A stretch of DNA of 64,000 nucleotides from the NCBI GenBank assembly GCA_036172245.1, contig JAYWIR010000079.1:62001-126000 (forward strand), written 5' to 3'. A model generated the notes under the pieces. The model saw nothing but the letters and a program-made list of their open reading frames with translations, did no database searches and had not been told where the DNA came from. Shown piece by piece: positions 13,401 through 25,812 of this stretch. The translations under genes and the position numbers were made by a program. This stretch comes from Raillietiella orientalis. Lineage: Eukaryota. The number at the start of each line of letters is the position of its first letter. Positions within the stretch are counted from its first letter, which is position 1.

Positions 13401-14156
13401 TGTTTCTCGATCTTAATTATGGCTAACATTCGAAGGTCAGGTCTTGAACTGTTATCGATGATTTTTATGTAGCTTTATCTAATAGTGATGACTTTTTTGT
13501 CTACAATGAAAATTTCACTCTCAATAAATATACCCAAAAGTCTCAGTTGTTTTTTCTTAATTTTCATTATGAAACTAAACTTCACGAATCATGAGATGGA
13601 AATTCAGTTTTGATTCATGCTTGCATATTGTGCATGCGTATTGTCTTGAAACTTTTCTGGCGTGTTTTTAGATACGGATATTTTTAACTTGGCATCCCAA
13701 ATTCTGTAGTCACTTAAAAAAAAATTGTGATTTGTGATCTATGCAAATGTTTTTGCACGAAAAACGAGTGTGTTCGATTCACGCGCGCGTGGTACATGTT
13801 CCGTATCCTAAACTTATATGGTGTATGAGGTGTATATGTGGATATGATAATGTACACGTAATGTCTGCGTCTGGTTAATTACAATTTTAATTTTAAATAA
13901 TGTAGTAGAAGCAAATAAGCGGTCACCCAGTTTTTCGAAAATTAACGGTACATTTAATGGGAATCTTAGCCAAAAATGTAATTGTGGGTCGAAAACCGAC
14001 CATTTATGGCGGTTATAATTTATGCATAGGGTAAAGTCTAGTCTGTATTGTGAAGAGTGAAACAAAATTTTTCAGGTGATCAGTTTTTTCATAGAATATT
14101 TTTCTTTTAATATTCACAGTTTCTTTGTGGCTTTTGAAAAGAGTACATGTAGAAAA

Positions 14157-17100
14157 ATGGAACCCAGTAATCCAAATTTGAATCCTATGTGGCCTTTCCA
14201 TCCTTATGGAGTGTATCAGTCATACAGGTAAGTACAAAAGTAAAATAAACAGAGGTGGAAATCGTTTTCTTAATAATCATTATTAATGAATAAGTTTCGG
14301 TTTTTTAAATGGTAACTGTTGCTTTCCTATGATACATTTGGAAAATTAAACTTTCTTATTTTTTAGCCCAAGCCAGTATGCTACTTTTCAAGCTTACAAC
14401 CCTTATGGTTACTATGTAAGTATTTTATTACTGATATAGTCGTAGGCTATGAATGTTATTTTAGTGAAGTACATAAACATTAGAATCTGGCATGCTAGAA
14501 CCATGGCATGAATGATAAAGCAAGTTTCTAGTATGAGTTAAAATTTGCTGAATATAATGTCCCATCACTAACAGAAAGTTTTAGCATTGTTGATTAGGAT
14601 GATTGCTCAACATATATGTTTCTATGAGATGTGTATCCTTATTGTGTGTATATTCATAAAATGTGGATCATATTGGCAGTTCATGTTCATTATTTTAAAT
14701 TAGAAAATAGGCATAGATGTTAACAAAACTTGTTTTACAAATACTGTGTCTAGCAGAAACTTTTGAGAACTACATTCCAGTTTTTATTATTTAGTTGAAA
14801 GGAGTCACAAATGATTTATGGCTCAGAGATCTCATTCCACTGTAAGATTTTGATAATGAAATCAATGTTTCTCCATCATGAACTACTATGAGTTTATTGT
14901 GTAGCTGCAAGCAATGATTGGATTTATAGAAATTTATATTTTCTTCACAATCCCATACAGGATATTCTGTTCTGTGGTATAAACAAATATGTTGCATAAG
15001 TTACAAGCAAAGGAACTTGTTTTGTCATGCATTGAGATAGTAATGTATTTGAAAATCTCCTAAAATTGTTATATCAGATCATAGTAGTGAAAGTCAGGGG
15101 GCCTTAATTTCTCAAAATTCTGCTTTGTTTCTAAAAGCTTGCACAATTATATTTTGCACAAAGAACTCAGGTCTGGTTTTGTGGTATTATTTCCCTGCCA
15201 AAGAGTGCTCTTATCTTATTGAAGATTCAGTTTATTATTTCGATAATTTTTATCCATTCCATTCCAGCCACAAAAAAAAAATTATGTAAAAGCCTTTGCA
15301 GGACAACCTTTGCAGTAAAAGAGCAGTATTCGGAGAACTTATGTTGTTTTTTGTCTCTTTCCAGCTTTTTCAAAATTAGAAGAATATTTCTTTAACTGCT
15401 TGTATCCAGAATTTTTTTCTTTGTTTTTCTGTGTATCACATTAACTGATTTTAAACTAAATGTGATTAAATTGCAAGATTGAATCAGATTCTGTTGAAGG
15501 AAAATGTTTGGAATTTGGCTTATTGTAACATGCAGCTCAGTGTGTATTTTAATCTAGAACAAACTCTTCAAATGGAGTACTAGTTATTTATGTAAAGTTC
15601 CTTCAATACAGAGGACACTGTTTTTGAGTGGTTCCTCAATTATTGAATTAACTGAGTTAATTACAAATTAAACCATTTTTATTGCATTTTGTTTTGTAGG
15701 TTCGAATGAATGCTTTTAAATTAAATTTTTCAAAGCTCATGTGGAGTGAATAGACAATATAATGATAGATATTTCTTATGATTCCATAGCTCGAGTTTCA
15801 TCAGACATAACTTTATAAATCCTCTGAATTTATTGGTTTCTTGAAAAATGAGATCCTTTCATTGAAAACTAACTAAATTGTAGTTAATAGAATTTTTGAA
15901 AAAAAATACAATTAGAGTTTTTCATTGCAACATAATCAGCATAAAAAGTTTACTTTAGAAATGAATGAATGTATTACTTCATTTCCAAATCTACGTTCAC
16001 TTGTTTTAAAAATCAATATTGCTGAGTGATTTTTGGTTTTCACCATACTTTACTACGAACTTTAAGAAATATCAAATGAAAGAATGCATAATTTTCAAAA
16101 TGTTTTCATCATTAGTTATGGTTTGACGAAGATAATGATTAAAAACTATTTTGTAACTTGGAAATTTTGATAGCTAGCAATACATTTTATTGCAGCTTGT
16201 CTTTGGAAAACCATTAGCAAGACTCATAAAGTTCATGATAAAAATATGTTGTTAACTGAATTGTATTGAAAACAAATGTGGGTGTTAGTATCTCAGTAAA
16301 CCACTATCTTCAGTTGTGACCATTATTGTATGCATTATGAGTGTGTTATTTAAAAAAAATTCCAACACAGAGTACATTTTTAAACAAGAAATGAATGGAA
16401 TGGGATGTGCAAAGCATGCATGTTATCTGTTTTTTGTATGAATCATTCATTTGATTTATACTTTACATCTATAATTCAAAGGCTTTATGTTTTAAAACTT
16501 GATATTTTGATTTAAAGTTGTACAGATACTGCCATCAACCATTTTTTTTTTAATTGGCGTTAATTCTTAGAATTCGACCATCTTGAAATCAGTTAATAGT
16601 TGTATTGAAACTTTCATGTACTTTGCTAGTTCCATATGAGATGATGGTTTTTAATGATACTGAGTAATTTATCTTTTAAGAGTAAATAATTGTGTTGTGT
16701 GTTTTAACTTTTTTTTTTTCCGGATTATAAGGAAAAAAGCAAAATTACACATCCATGATGTGTATAACTGGTAATATGATTTTAGCAACTTCCTCAAACT
16801 TACATGGATCCAGTTTATTCATATCAACAAATGCCAATTCATTACTCTATGAGTGGTTATGAGGTTACAGAATCAGCAGGTACAAAATTATAAAAAAAAA
16901 AATCTATTTCTAATTTAAATGACACTCAAGACTTTTTTACTGTAACTTTTATTACATAAATATCAACAAACTTTAAAGGAATACTTAAATAACTCTCATT
17001 GATTAATCTTAAAATTCTGCTATGTTGTAAAAGTCTTGAAGATATTTCAGCATGTTTGAGGTGTTTGGACTTGTTGAAGATTTATAATGACCCATTGTAA

Positions 17101-19951
17101 ATCTTTATAGTTGCCTTTATAGTTGGTTTAAAAAGATACCTTAAAATTTCGTGGTTTACTTTTGGATTGCTTATGTTTTGAATCATAATGCTTGCGAAAA
17201 CGTGATTTTGAAATGTTAGAAAGAATATTGCTTTTGTTATAATATCCATGTTCGATGAGTTTTTTCTAGGATTTCTTTTGAAATTAAATATTTGGCATGT
17301 GACACGTATTTTGTTTTTTGGCATTCTTTGTTTTTAGCTAATTGTTATGCTACAAACAATGTTCAGAAAAATGAAGATGGAAATGAGTTTCCACCACTGC
17401 CTCCTGGACCACCTCCAAATCCCCCTCCCCCACCACCTCAGCATTCTGAAGCATCTGAAACAAATGCTACTTCTCAAGTAAATTCTTCATATGTAGAAAA
17501 TAGTAAGAAAGTATGCAAATTGGCAATGTGCACTTGTTGAGTTTGAGATATGTTAGCAAGGGTTTCTGCAGAAGATGTTCTATATAAATCTTTTTCCAGG
17601 TGAATCTGGAATCTATAAAACTTCTGCAAACTCAAATCTTTCTGTTTCCTCTAATGCTGCCCATAACAATTTAGGATCCATGTATTTCCAAATTCAAAAT
17701 AAAAAAAAGAAGAAAAAGAAAGTCAAACCATTAAATTTTCTAATGGCCGATTCCAATTCTTCAGCAAAACCCAACATGACTGGAAACTTGCAAGTAGCAG
17801 GAACTGCAACAGCCCCACCTGAACCAGCTGTTCATGCCAGCACAGAGGGATCCACCTTGCCTTTCATTGCTCAACCAACCAATTGGCCTGAAAGTCTAAA
17901 GTATGTTATTTATGTCAGTGCATGTTCATACTTAAATATGCAACTTCAGGAGTTACATCAGCAGGTGTTTTTCTAGTTGTACTCAGTCAGAAGATAAAGA
18001 TAAGCTAGAAATTATTCTTAAAGGCAAGTTAACTAATGCTATTAATGAGGGAAAATTGTGGATCAAGGATTGGAATGCAGAACCCTTACCTAGGTAGGTT
18101 ATTTCGAGATTCAAGTAGAAATTTTAATTGTTCCGTAGTTTTTTGCTTGGAGGAAAATCATCTTCACCAGCAGTATCTCATGACTTTCCCCCAAAATTTC
18201 AGTTCATGATTTCTAAGCGGCCCTCATTAAATCGATTTCGAGGATTTGGAAGGAATCTGTAAGAATATGTTTTTTTTTTTTAAAAAAAAAAAAAAAAATG
18301 AGTTCCTGCTTTAGGTTTACACGCTCTCATTCTGTCACTTCATCTGGTAGTGAAGGAAGCAGGGATAGTCGCTCCAGATCAGCAAGTCCAAAAAACAGAG
18401 AAAAGAAAAAAAAAGATAGCAGGTAGTGAATGAATCTTTTATTTTGTGACTTATTGTGAACTAGTGAGGAGTCAGAGTCAGTGAAGGTCTCAGGAAACAA
18501 AATCAAGCAAAGATTAGGAATCAAAGGTAGTCAGAAAAAAAAGAAGCTTCGTAAGAAGAATATGTAAGCTAGCTCCACCCTGTAATTCCTACTCATTGAA
18601 AGTAGGGGAGAACCAGCTCCTTTTTACAATCTGACATCGAAAATGACTGTAGATGAAGAACTAGGGAGTTCAGAGAAATTGCAGAAAAGAGCTGCACGGT
18701 TCAGTTTCGATGACAACAAGAGACTATCAAATTTTTATGACACAAATGTGTCAGTGCGCCAAACTGATGATTTAGAATGCATGGATTGGTCGTCTTATCA
18801 TATAATGGGTACTTGTATGACCCTGGAAAAGCCTTATTTGCGGCTAACAAATGTATGATTGGAATGCAAAAAGTAAAGTTAGTGATAGTGATGTTTTGAT
18901 TAGGAGCCAGATCCTGGCACTGTAAGACCTTTATCAGTTCTAAAAGCTGCCCTGCCAATTGTCTGCAACAACTGGAAGCAAAAACAAGATTATGCATATG
19001 CATGTGATCAGCTAAAATCTATTCGCCAAGATTTGACGGTAAGTCTCTGCATTACAAGTGTTCATGGGGCTCATAAAGGATTTTAGGTACAAGGCATTCG
19101 AGACAAATTTACAGTTCTGGTTTATGAAAGCCATGCACGCATTGCCTTAGAAAGTGGTGATAGAGAAGAATTCAATCAGTGCCAAGCACAGTTACAGGCT
19201 TTGTATTATGATGTCGGAAGTAAACATCGTTTAGAATTTACTGCCTATCGCATTTTGTATTGCATTTTCACAAAGAATACACTAGGTAGGAATCTGCTTC
19301 TGTGACTGGTAATTAACAAGTTTTGTTATAGATCTAAATACTATTTTGGCATCCCTGCATCAAGATGAAAAACTGCACCGCTGTGTTCAGCATGCCTTAC
19401 ACTTACGTTCAGCTTGGGCACTTTCCAATTATCATACTTTTTTTCAATTATACCTTCAGGCACCAGAGATGTCAGCATATCTTATAGATTGGTTTCTAAG
19501 TCGAGAACGAAAGATGGCCCTGAAGATCATGATAAAGTCGTACGTATTGTTGAGGTGAAAAATTGAGGGTGTATGTGAATGAATGTATCTAATTCTCTTT
19601 ATTGAAAGGTAAGAATAAGGCACTTCAGTGGAACTTAGGGTACAAGTATTATGGGATTCATTGATTCATATGTAGGGCTTGAAATCATGTTTTCATGTGG
19701 GACCATTCTTATTTATTCTTGTGCAGTGTATTGTGATTTAAAACACAGCATGCATCCACTAGCAACTGATGTAGTGTCTATTCTGCAGCTTTCGTCAGCA
19801 CTTACCTGTTAGATACGTGCAAACAGAATTAGCGTTTCCCAGTGTCCCAGACTGCTTGAAATTCCTAGATGAGGTCAGCATTACCTTTGCTGATGACCAG
19901 CACATCTCAATTGACTGCAAAGCCTCCTTAGGGGCTTTGCAGTCCTTCTAA
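14157..19951 (+). CDS. LENG8: LENG8/THP3-like SAC3/GANP (PCI) domain protein, 14 coding exons, ~700 aa
   Basis: Exons 14157-14227, 14367-14415, 16786-16879, 17338-17502, 17600-17900, 17950-18093, 18139-18258, 18315-18422, 18465-18563, 18606-18852, 18904-19038, 19087-19285, 19332-19539, 19789-19951. All introns are GT-AG and phases are consistent (2103 nt). Motifs: WPESLKSYISRCF...[80 protein letters not shown]. The first three (Y/P/Q-rich) exons are less certain than the rest. Confidence 0.95.
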
Positions 19952-19977
19952 TGAATCACAGACTTTTAAAAGTTTAT

Positions 19978-20053
19978 TTATATATATAAGCGTCCACACA
20001 CACACACATATATATATATGTATATGTATATGTATGTATAGATATATAGAGAG
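19978..20053. repeat. Compound (TA)/(CA)/(TATG) microsatellite in the LENG8 3' UTR
   Basis: tatatatataa...cacacacacacacatatatatatatgtatatgtatatgtatgtatagatatatagaga. Confidence 0.8.
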
Positions 20054-20644
20054 GGAGTTGTATTTCTGCAACAGTAATATGCAATCAAGTATACCTGTTG
20101 AAGCGATTTAACTACTGGACAAGCAAGAAGACCAAAGAAAAAGAGCTGGATCGTATTTTTCAAGTTCTGAGCATTTACTGCATTTTGAGCAGCCTCCTTT
20201 TGTAATTCATCTGTTTGGAATGGTATCAAACATAACCATCAAGAAGAGAAATAAGGAAGGAAAAGCTGTGCGAAGAAAAATGCGTCGTTCTCTAAAGAAT
20301 GAAGTCTTAGATCATTTGGTGTGCAAGCTATTCAACTGAATATCAATATTGTACGAGCAATGAAAAAATTTTTCCTGCCACGGATTTATTTAGTCGCAGA
20401 AATGAAGAAACCATCAAGAGATTAATTCATAACATCCTCATTCGTTCCTGCCATTTGTCTAGAAGGCATATGATTGGAATAATGGATTCAGAATGGAGTC
20501 TGCAGTTGATTCGGAAAAAAGTATTTTTAAATTATGGTAAGATGCATCTCTGTATACTATTAATAGTCAGTTGTGACCTTTACCATCGACATCCTTCCAT
20601 GCTTATAACTGTTATGTATATTTCATTTGATAAATCTATGTGAC

Positions 20645-20650
20645 AATAAA
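20645..20650 (+). terminator. Candidate polyadenylation signal of LENG8
   Basis: AATAAA ~700 nt after the stop codon, followed by T/GT-rich sequence (ttttattttatgtgtacg). Confidence 0.45.
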
Positions 20651-21229
20651 ATTTTATTTTATGTGTACGTAAATTTTGTTTATTTGAAAGCGCGATATTT
20701 TCGAGTCTACATTGTAGTATGGTAATTTGTAAATTACTGTGTATGAGTAGCCCTGCAATGGTGGACGGTATTGAAATCGTTTTTAACCGAAATTGAAGTT
20801 AGCTGAGGTCACGACTATCGAATTGTAATGACTGTAAAGAATACCGATTACGGGGCAACAAATAAAGTTCATCCCGTGAAACTTTATTGCCACCTATCAA
20901 AGTAGGTACCCATTTTATACAAAATGGTGACGACTTTTACACGAAATTAATCATGCTCTATTATCGAATGTTACTAAAATCAAGCAAACAAATGCATAGC
21001 CTATGAACTAGGCGAATGCATAGCAATATTGTGAATTTCTTTGGAAAAAATGTGATGCAGCAAACGGATTTGTTTCTGTTAATCTTTTGTGTATTTTTTC
21101 CTCCTTCGCATTTAAGCTTGTTTTTAGTGAGCTTGTGAACGCGTTGAAATACTAATGAGCAGCTTTAATGTTTCGATGAGTAGGTATTCTAATAATTACT
21201 CCTGAATGGGTACCAGGATGAACTGAAGC

Positions 21230-21490
21230 TTTTTGTAAAAATTGGAAAAGCTGCTAATAGAATAAACTGCTAATGATTGCCACTGGAAGTTTTTTATTCT
21301 GTGGCAGCTTTTTCTCTCTCAGAAAAAGTGCCGTTAAGGATATAAGATTGTGTTCTATACTGTTTCAGTATTTCAAATATATGAGAATGGTGTTTCACCC
21401 AAATCAGGATTTTGGTGATTCCTAAAGTTTCTAGTAAAAGTTTTGAACGACTTTTCCTATAGTTTAGAGATTTAACTTTCATTCTTCAAG
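21230..21490 (-). mobile_element. Decayed non-LTR retrotransposon (CR1/L2-like) reverse-transcriptase fragment
   Basis: Minus-strand KLLLETLGITKILIWV...RTQSYILNGTFSE resembles the LL.KL...GI...LL.W...L..R.Q.V..NG..S segment that precedes the GVPQG motif; flanked by stop codons. Confidence 0.35.
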
Positions 21491-24400
21491 GATTGAAATA
21501 TCAATTAACTTTATAATCATCTTTTTGATAAACAGTTTTCAGATGAAAACCATGTTACTAAAGAGATTCAATATACCCTGGCTTGAATGGTTTTCCTTTA
21601 ACATGCCCTTCCTTTTTGTCTTACCTCTCAGTTGAATTTGGCTCCTAATCATTTCTCCCGATTCCTTTCTTCTTTTTTTTTTATTTACCCTGTCCTTTTT
21701 ATCAGTCAAAGCTCTCAACGAGAGCACCAATCTCAGCTACTGATCAGTGACCTTTAGATCATATGATACATTCGTCATTTGTGTTGTAAGCTCAGCATAG
21801 AAGTGTATATGAGTTATTGGAGATTGTATATAGACTTCAGGTTTTCGTTTTGCAAAAATAAATAAAAGCATTTTCGACTTAAACGAATATATTACCACTA
21901 ATTGGTGCGTAAAGAAACATTGTTTTCAAAAGGATGAACAAAAAGAAAGAAAGAAACTGCCCTTAAACCTTCAGAAAAACTTTAAAATTAAAAGTATCAT
22001 GCATTTGACTCTCATTTTTCGGTATGAAGACAAAGGTGTGCTCAGCGTCTTACGTATACTTTCAGTCTATTTTTCATACTTTTAACAATTTTGTACCCTG
22101 TGACTGGATCTCGCTTCATTTTGTTATATATAACCTTTGGATTTTCACATTGGACCGTAGACATAACACCGCGATGAACTCGTAAATGCTTTTCAAAACA
22201 CTATTTTGGAAGCAGTACACCGTTTCTGTGATCAGAAGTGTATTAATATTACTTGAAGTTCATTGATAGTTGCTTTTGAAGTCATCAGCCAATATGCATG
22301 CTGGACCAAGCGCTCTTCGAATCAACAAAGCAATAGAGTTGAAAAATAATTCAATGAAAAGATGTAATTTGCTTTCATAGCTTAATTTCATCCTTTTCCT
22401 TTAGTGTCAGTAGAGTACATCAATTGCTAAATACTCTGAGACCTACATGTAGTTCTAAATTGTTTCTACACGTTCAAGTATCTTTGCTCGAGAAGGAGGT
22501 AACTCCTGATACCAGAGCACGTGCCAAGTTTGTGTACCAATCGTTCTTTGATCTGTCCATCAAAAATCGGAAGTAATTCTAATTGTCATTTGCTTTAGAG
22601 ACCTGCTGCAAAATTAGAAATCACTATAAAGTTTAACTGCAGAGATATCAATATAATGTTTTTACGATCGTAATCCAAAAGCTTTGATTCCCTGCACTTG
22701 ATCAATGTGGATCGAAATGTAGAAAACATCGGAGCAAAAGAATCTTGCGGTGATCAACTCGACTAGATGCCTCTTTCACTGTATAGAACTCTAATTTTCA
22801 TCCAATCGCAATTGCCATCTATAATTAAAGCTCATTTTCAGAATCCTAGAAAGGTTGTTTCTGATTATATTTTATTTTGCTAAAGGCTCTGGGTTAAATT
22901 ATACTCGTGAATTTCAAATACCCTTCTCCATAAGGAATAATTCCAAGCATCATTTCAAAGAATCATTTTAAATTCATAAAGAATTTTCAGTTTATTTAAG
23001 TTTCTATGATGTTTCAAAAAGTATTATTAAAATTGCACTCAAGATGTATCGTTCACACAAAAAACAACTGCAAAAGTCACTTTATAGGATCTTATTTAAT
23101 TGTTAACTCAAAATATTTCTGCAACATATTCATATCTGAACTCGTTATGCATTCATATCTGGACTAAACACATACTGATTGATGGAAAATATTTCAAGAG
23201 AAAATCAAAATTAACTTCAGTATTTAGAGTTACAGAGTATATGATGAGCAGATCTTTTGACCTCATACATAAAATCCATGTGATCTATAAGAATGGGTGT
23301 CTTCAAGAATAAGGGAACAAACGTTTAAGGTCAATGATTAATCTATGATTAGTTCATAAACATCTAATACAATAACTCATATTGCTGTTCATGAACAAGG
23401 TGGATTACGAATGATTATCACCAAGAGTGAATCATACGTTTTTGTACGAATAGTTGGATGCTCTTGGTATGAAATACCAATTTATTAAGAGCCCATGGTA
23501 CAAGTCACGATTTGCTTGTGCATATTTAGATAGTTTCGTCCAATTTTAAATGAAATACATATTCAGTTGAGGATACAAGCATTTGATGCCACGAATCATG
23601 AAATGGATGCTATGTACTGCTGCAAACATCAACAACTTTGGTATTCCATGAGGAAACGCATCTCACTCATAAGGCATTAAATTGCTTATTAGAATTGAAT
23701 AGGGGGAACGAATTTGTTTTTGTTTTCCAGGTAGATTTCATTTATGCTGATCAGCATATAAGATCCATAATTTAATCGAATGAGATGATTGCATAATCAG
23801 TCATGAGGATTTTTTTCAAGAGAAATAAGCTCGAGAAACTTAAAAACAAGAGAGAACGAAGCACGGTCACTTGCAATCGGCAGTAACAGAGAGAGGAAAG
23901 GTATAGGTAATTCCCAACACGTCTGCTCAAAACGCACAATTCAAGTGATCTTTGTGCATTGCAAGCATTTAAAACAGCATTTGTAAGCAGGTAAAAGGAA
24001 AAAAGACCACGAATTTTAAACCACCAGTTTAACTGTTTTCATTCCAGTAGTTCTGATAATTCGTGCATGCACCTATAATTTTTTCCCATTGATTGCTTAT
24101 ATAGTTTTTAACCAAACGCAACATGATTTTATATCGTCATCTATTATTAACACAAAGTTTAATATCGTATAAGAAAGTTATTAGAAGGCAATGTAACTGA
24201 ATCTAAAATCATGAACACAGATGACAACGTTAACAGACTACAAGCTAATCTTAACGAAGAGTGCACGTTTCAAAGTAGGTAGGTTAACGATTTTTTTTGC
24301 ATCCCCTGTTAATTCCACCAATTCATTTTCATTGGTGATGGATGCATTAGAATTTAAAGGCAGAAGACATCGAATTAGCCTGAACAAACTCTCCAGCCTG

Positions 24401-25812
24401 ATTATCCAGGGTGATCAAAGTAAGTGCATCGCCTTATGGTTTTACAATTTTCCTCACACTAAATCTTTTCAGCCTGCTCTTTTATTCCAACTATCTGGGT
24501 TACATCCAAAATGATTTCGTGTGAGGACGTATTCAATGTGTGTTTTTTTCCCTCAAGAGGTCAAATATAGTCAAATATGTTTCTATTTAGACGTACTTCC
24601 AGAAAGAATCAGATTTATGCATTACTGTGTACATTACATTTAGCTCTGGATCGTCTGGATAAATTGTCTTCTCTAGTCCTTTCTACATCAATCAACAAAT
24701 ACACGCTTCATCCAGTTTCTCATTTACTTTGAATACCACATCGGTTATAAATTCTAATATCCTCGTTTAGCATAGTTCATTTTCCATTTTTCTCTGCCTT
24801 CCATTCCCGCCCGATTGCCTTCTGTTTCTACATCGCTGTTGTAAGCGAACTGCTTTATATTTACTTTATTCCATTTCGTTCCTCCAGATATTTCTAGATT
24901 AGACTTGTGTTAACTACTTCATTAGATTTACAAAAGCTGTTTAATAAGCCCTAATAAATAGACGTCACACTTCAAAAAAAAATTGAGCCAATACAAATCA
25001 GTGCGTAGCTGAATGCTTAAGAAAGGTAAGAAAATAAGTGCAAATGATAGCTGTTTGTAATGTTCAAAAATTTATATTCGCTGTGTTAATTCAGCTGTGT
25101 GTTTCAAAGATTTTAAAAATGGCTGCGTGCTACTACTACCAACTCATAATTATGCTACAAAAATAAGTAAATACATTTTAGACGGTGTGGTTTGCTCGCT
25201 GATATATGGATTACCTTTCTAATTCTCAAATAATTTTAGACTACATCTAAAAGGAAACTTTATTGAAGGATTCAGTCATGATTTTGTTAGTAAATTGCCT
25301 TCTTGGATGGTCGGAAAGTAACAGAAGCTTTGGAATACTTGGAAACTAACGCTTACAAGACTTACGTAATAAATTGTAGAGATTGAGTTCTAATTGTCCA
25401 TGGACATATGTACAAAACAGATCACTACATTTTGAAAAATCAAAATTCTTCCCATGCCTAATTTCGTTAAGATGGATCATGCTGATGATTTCACTCTCAA
25501 CGAGCTCCGCATTCTTGAGCGCACAGCGTGACCTTTTCTTATTTTATTTGTATTTTGTCTTTATGGCCGTATCAATAGGTCTTATTCATTATGACTAATG
25601 CACACGATAATGCATTCCTACATAACTTTCTGAGGCCGCTACATCAAATTTATCCATTATTTATTGCTCAGTGCATTTGCGACTACAATGGGATTTCGAC
25701 TGGATATTCCCTTACCCGCGCACAAGTTTTCTTTTTCGGTTCGTTGATTGTGTCATGGTAGCTTATGTGCAGGCTTGCGTAAAGTATTGATGAAACAATT
25801 GTTGTGTGTAGC

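Noticed and set aside
14508..14553. Box C/D-like motifs (ATGATAA...CTGA) in LENG8 intron 2
   Set aside because: Imperfect C box, too short, no terminal stem
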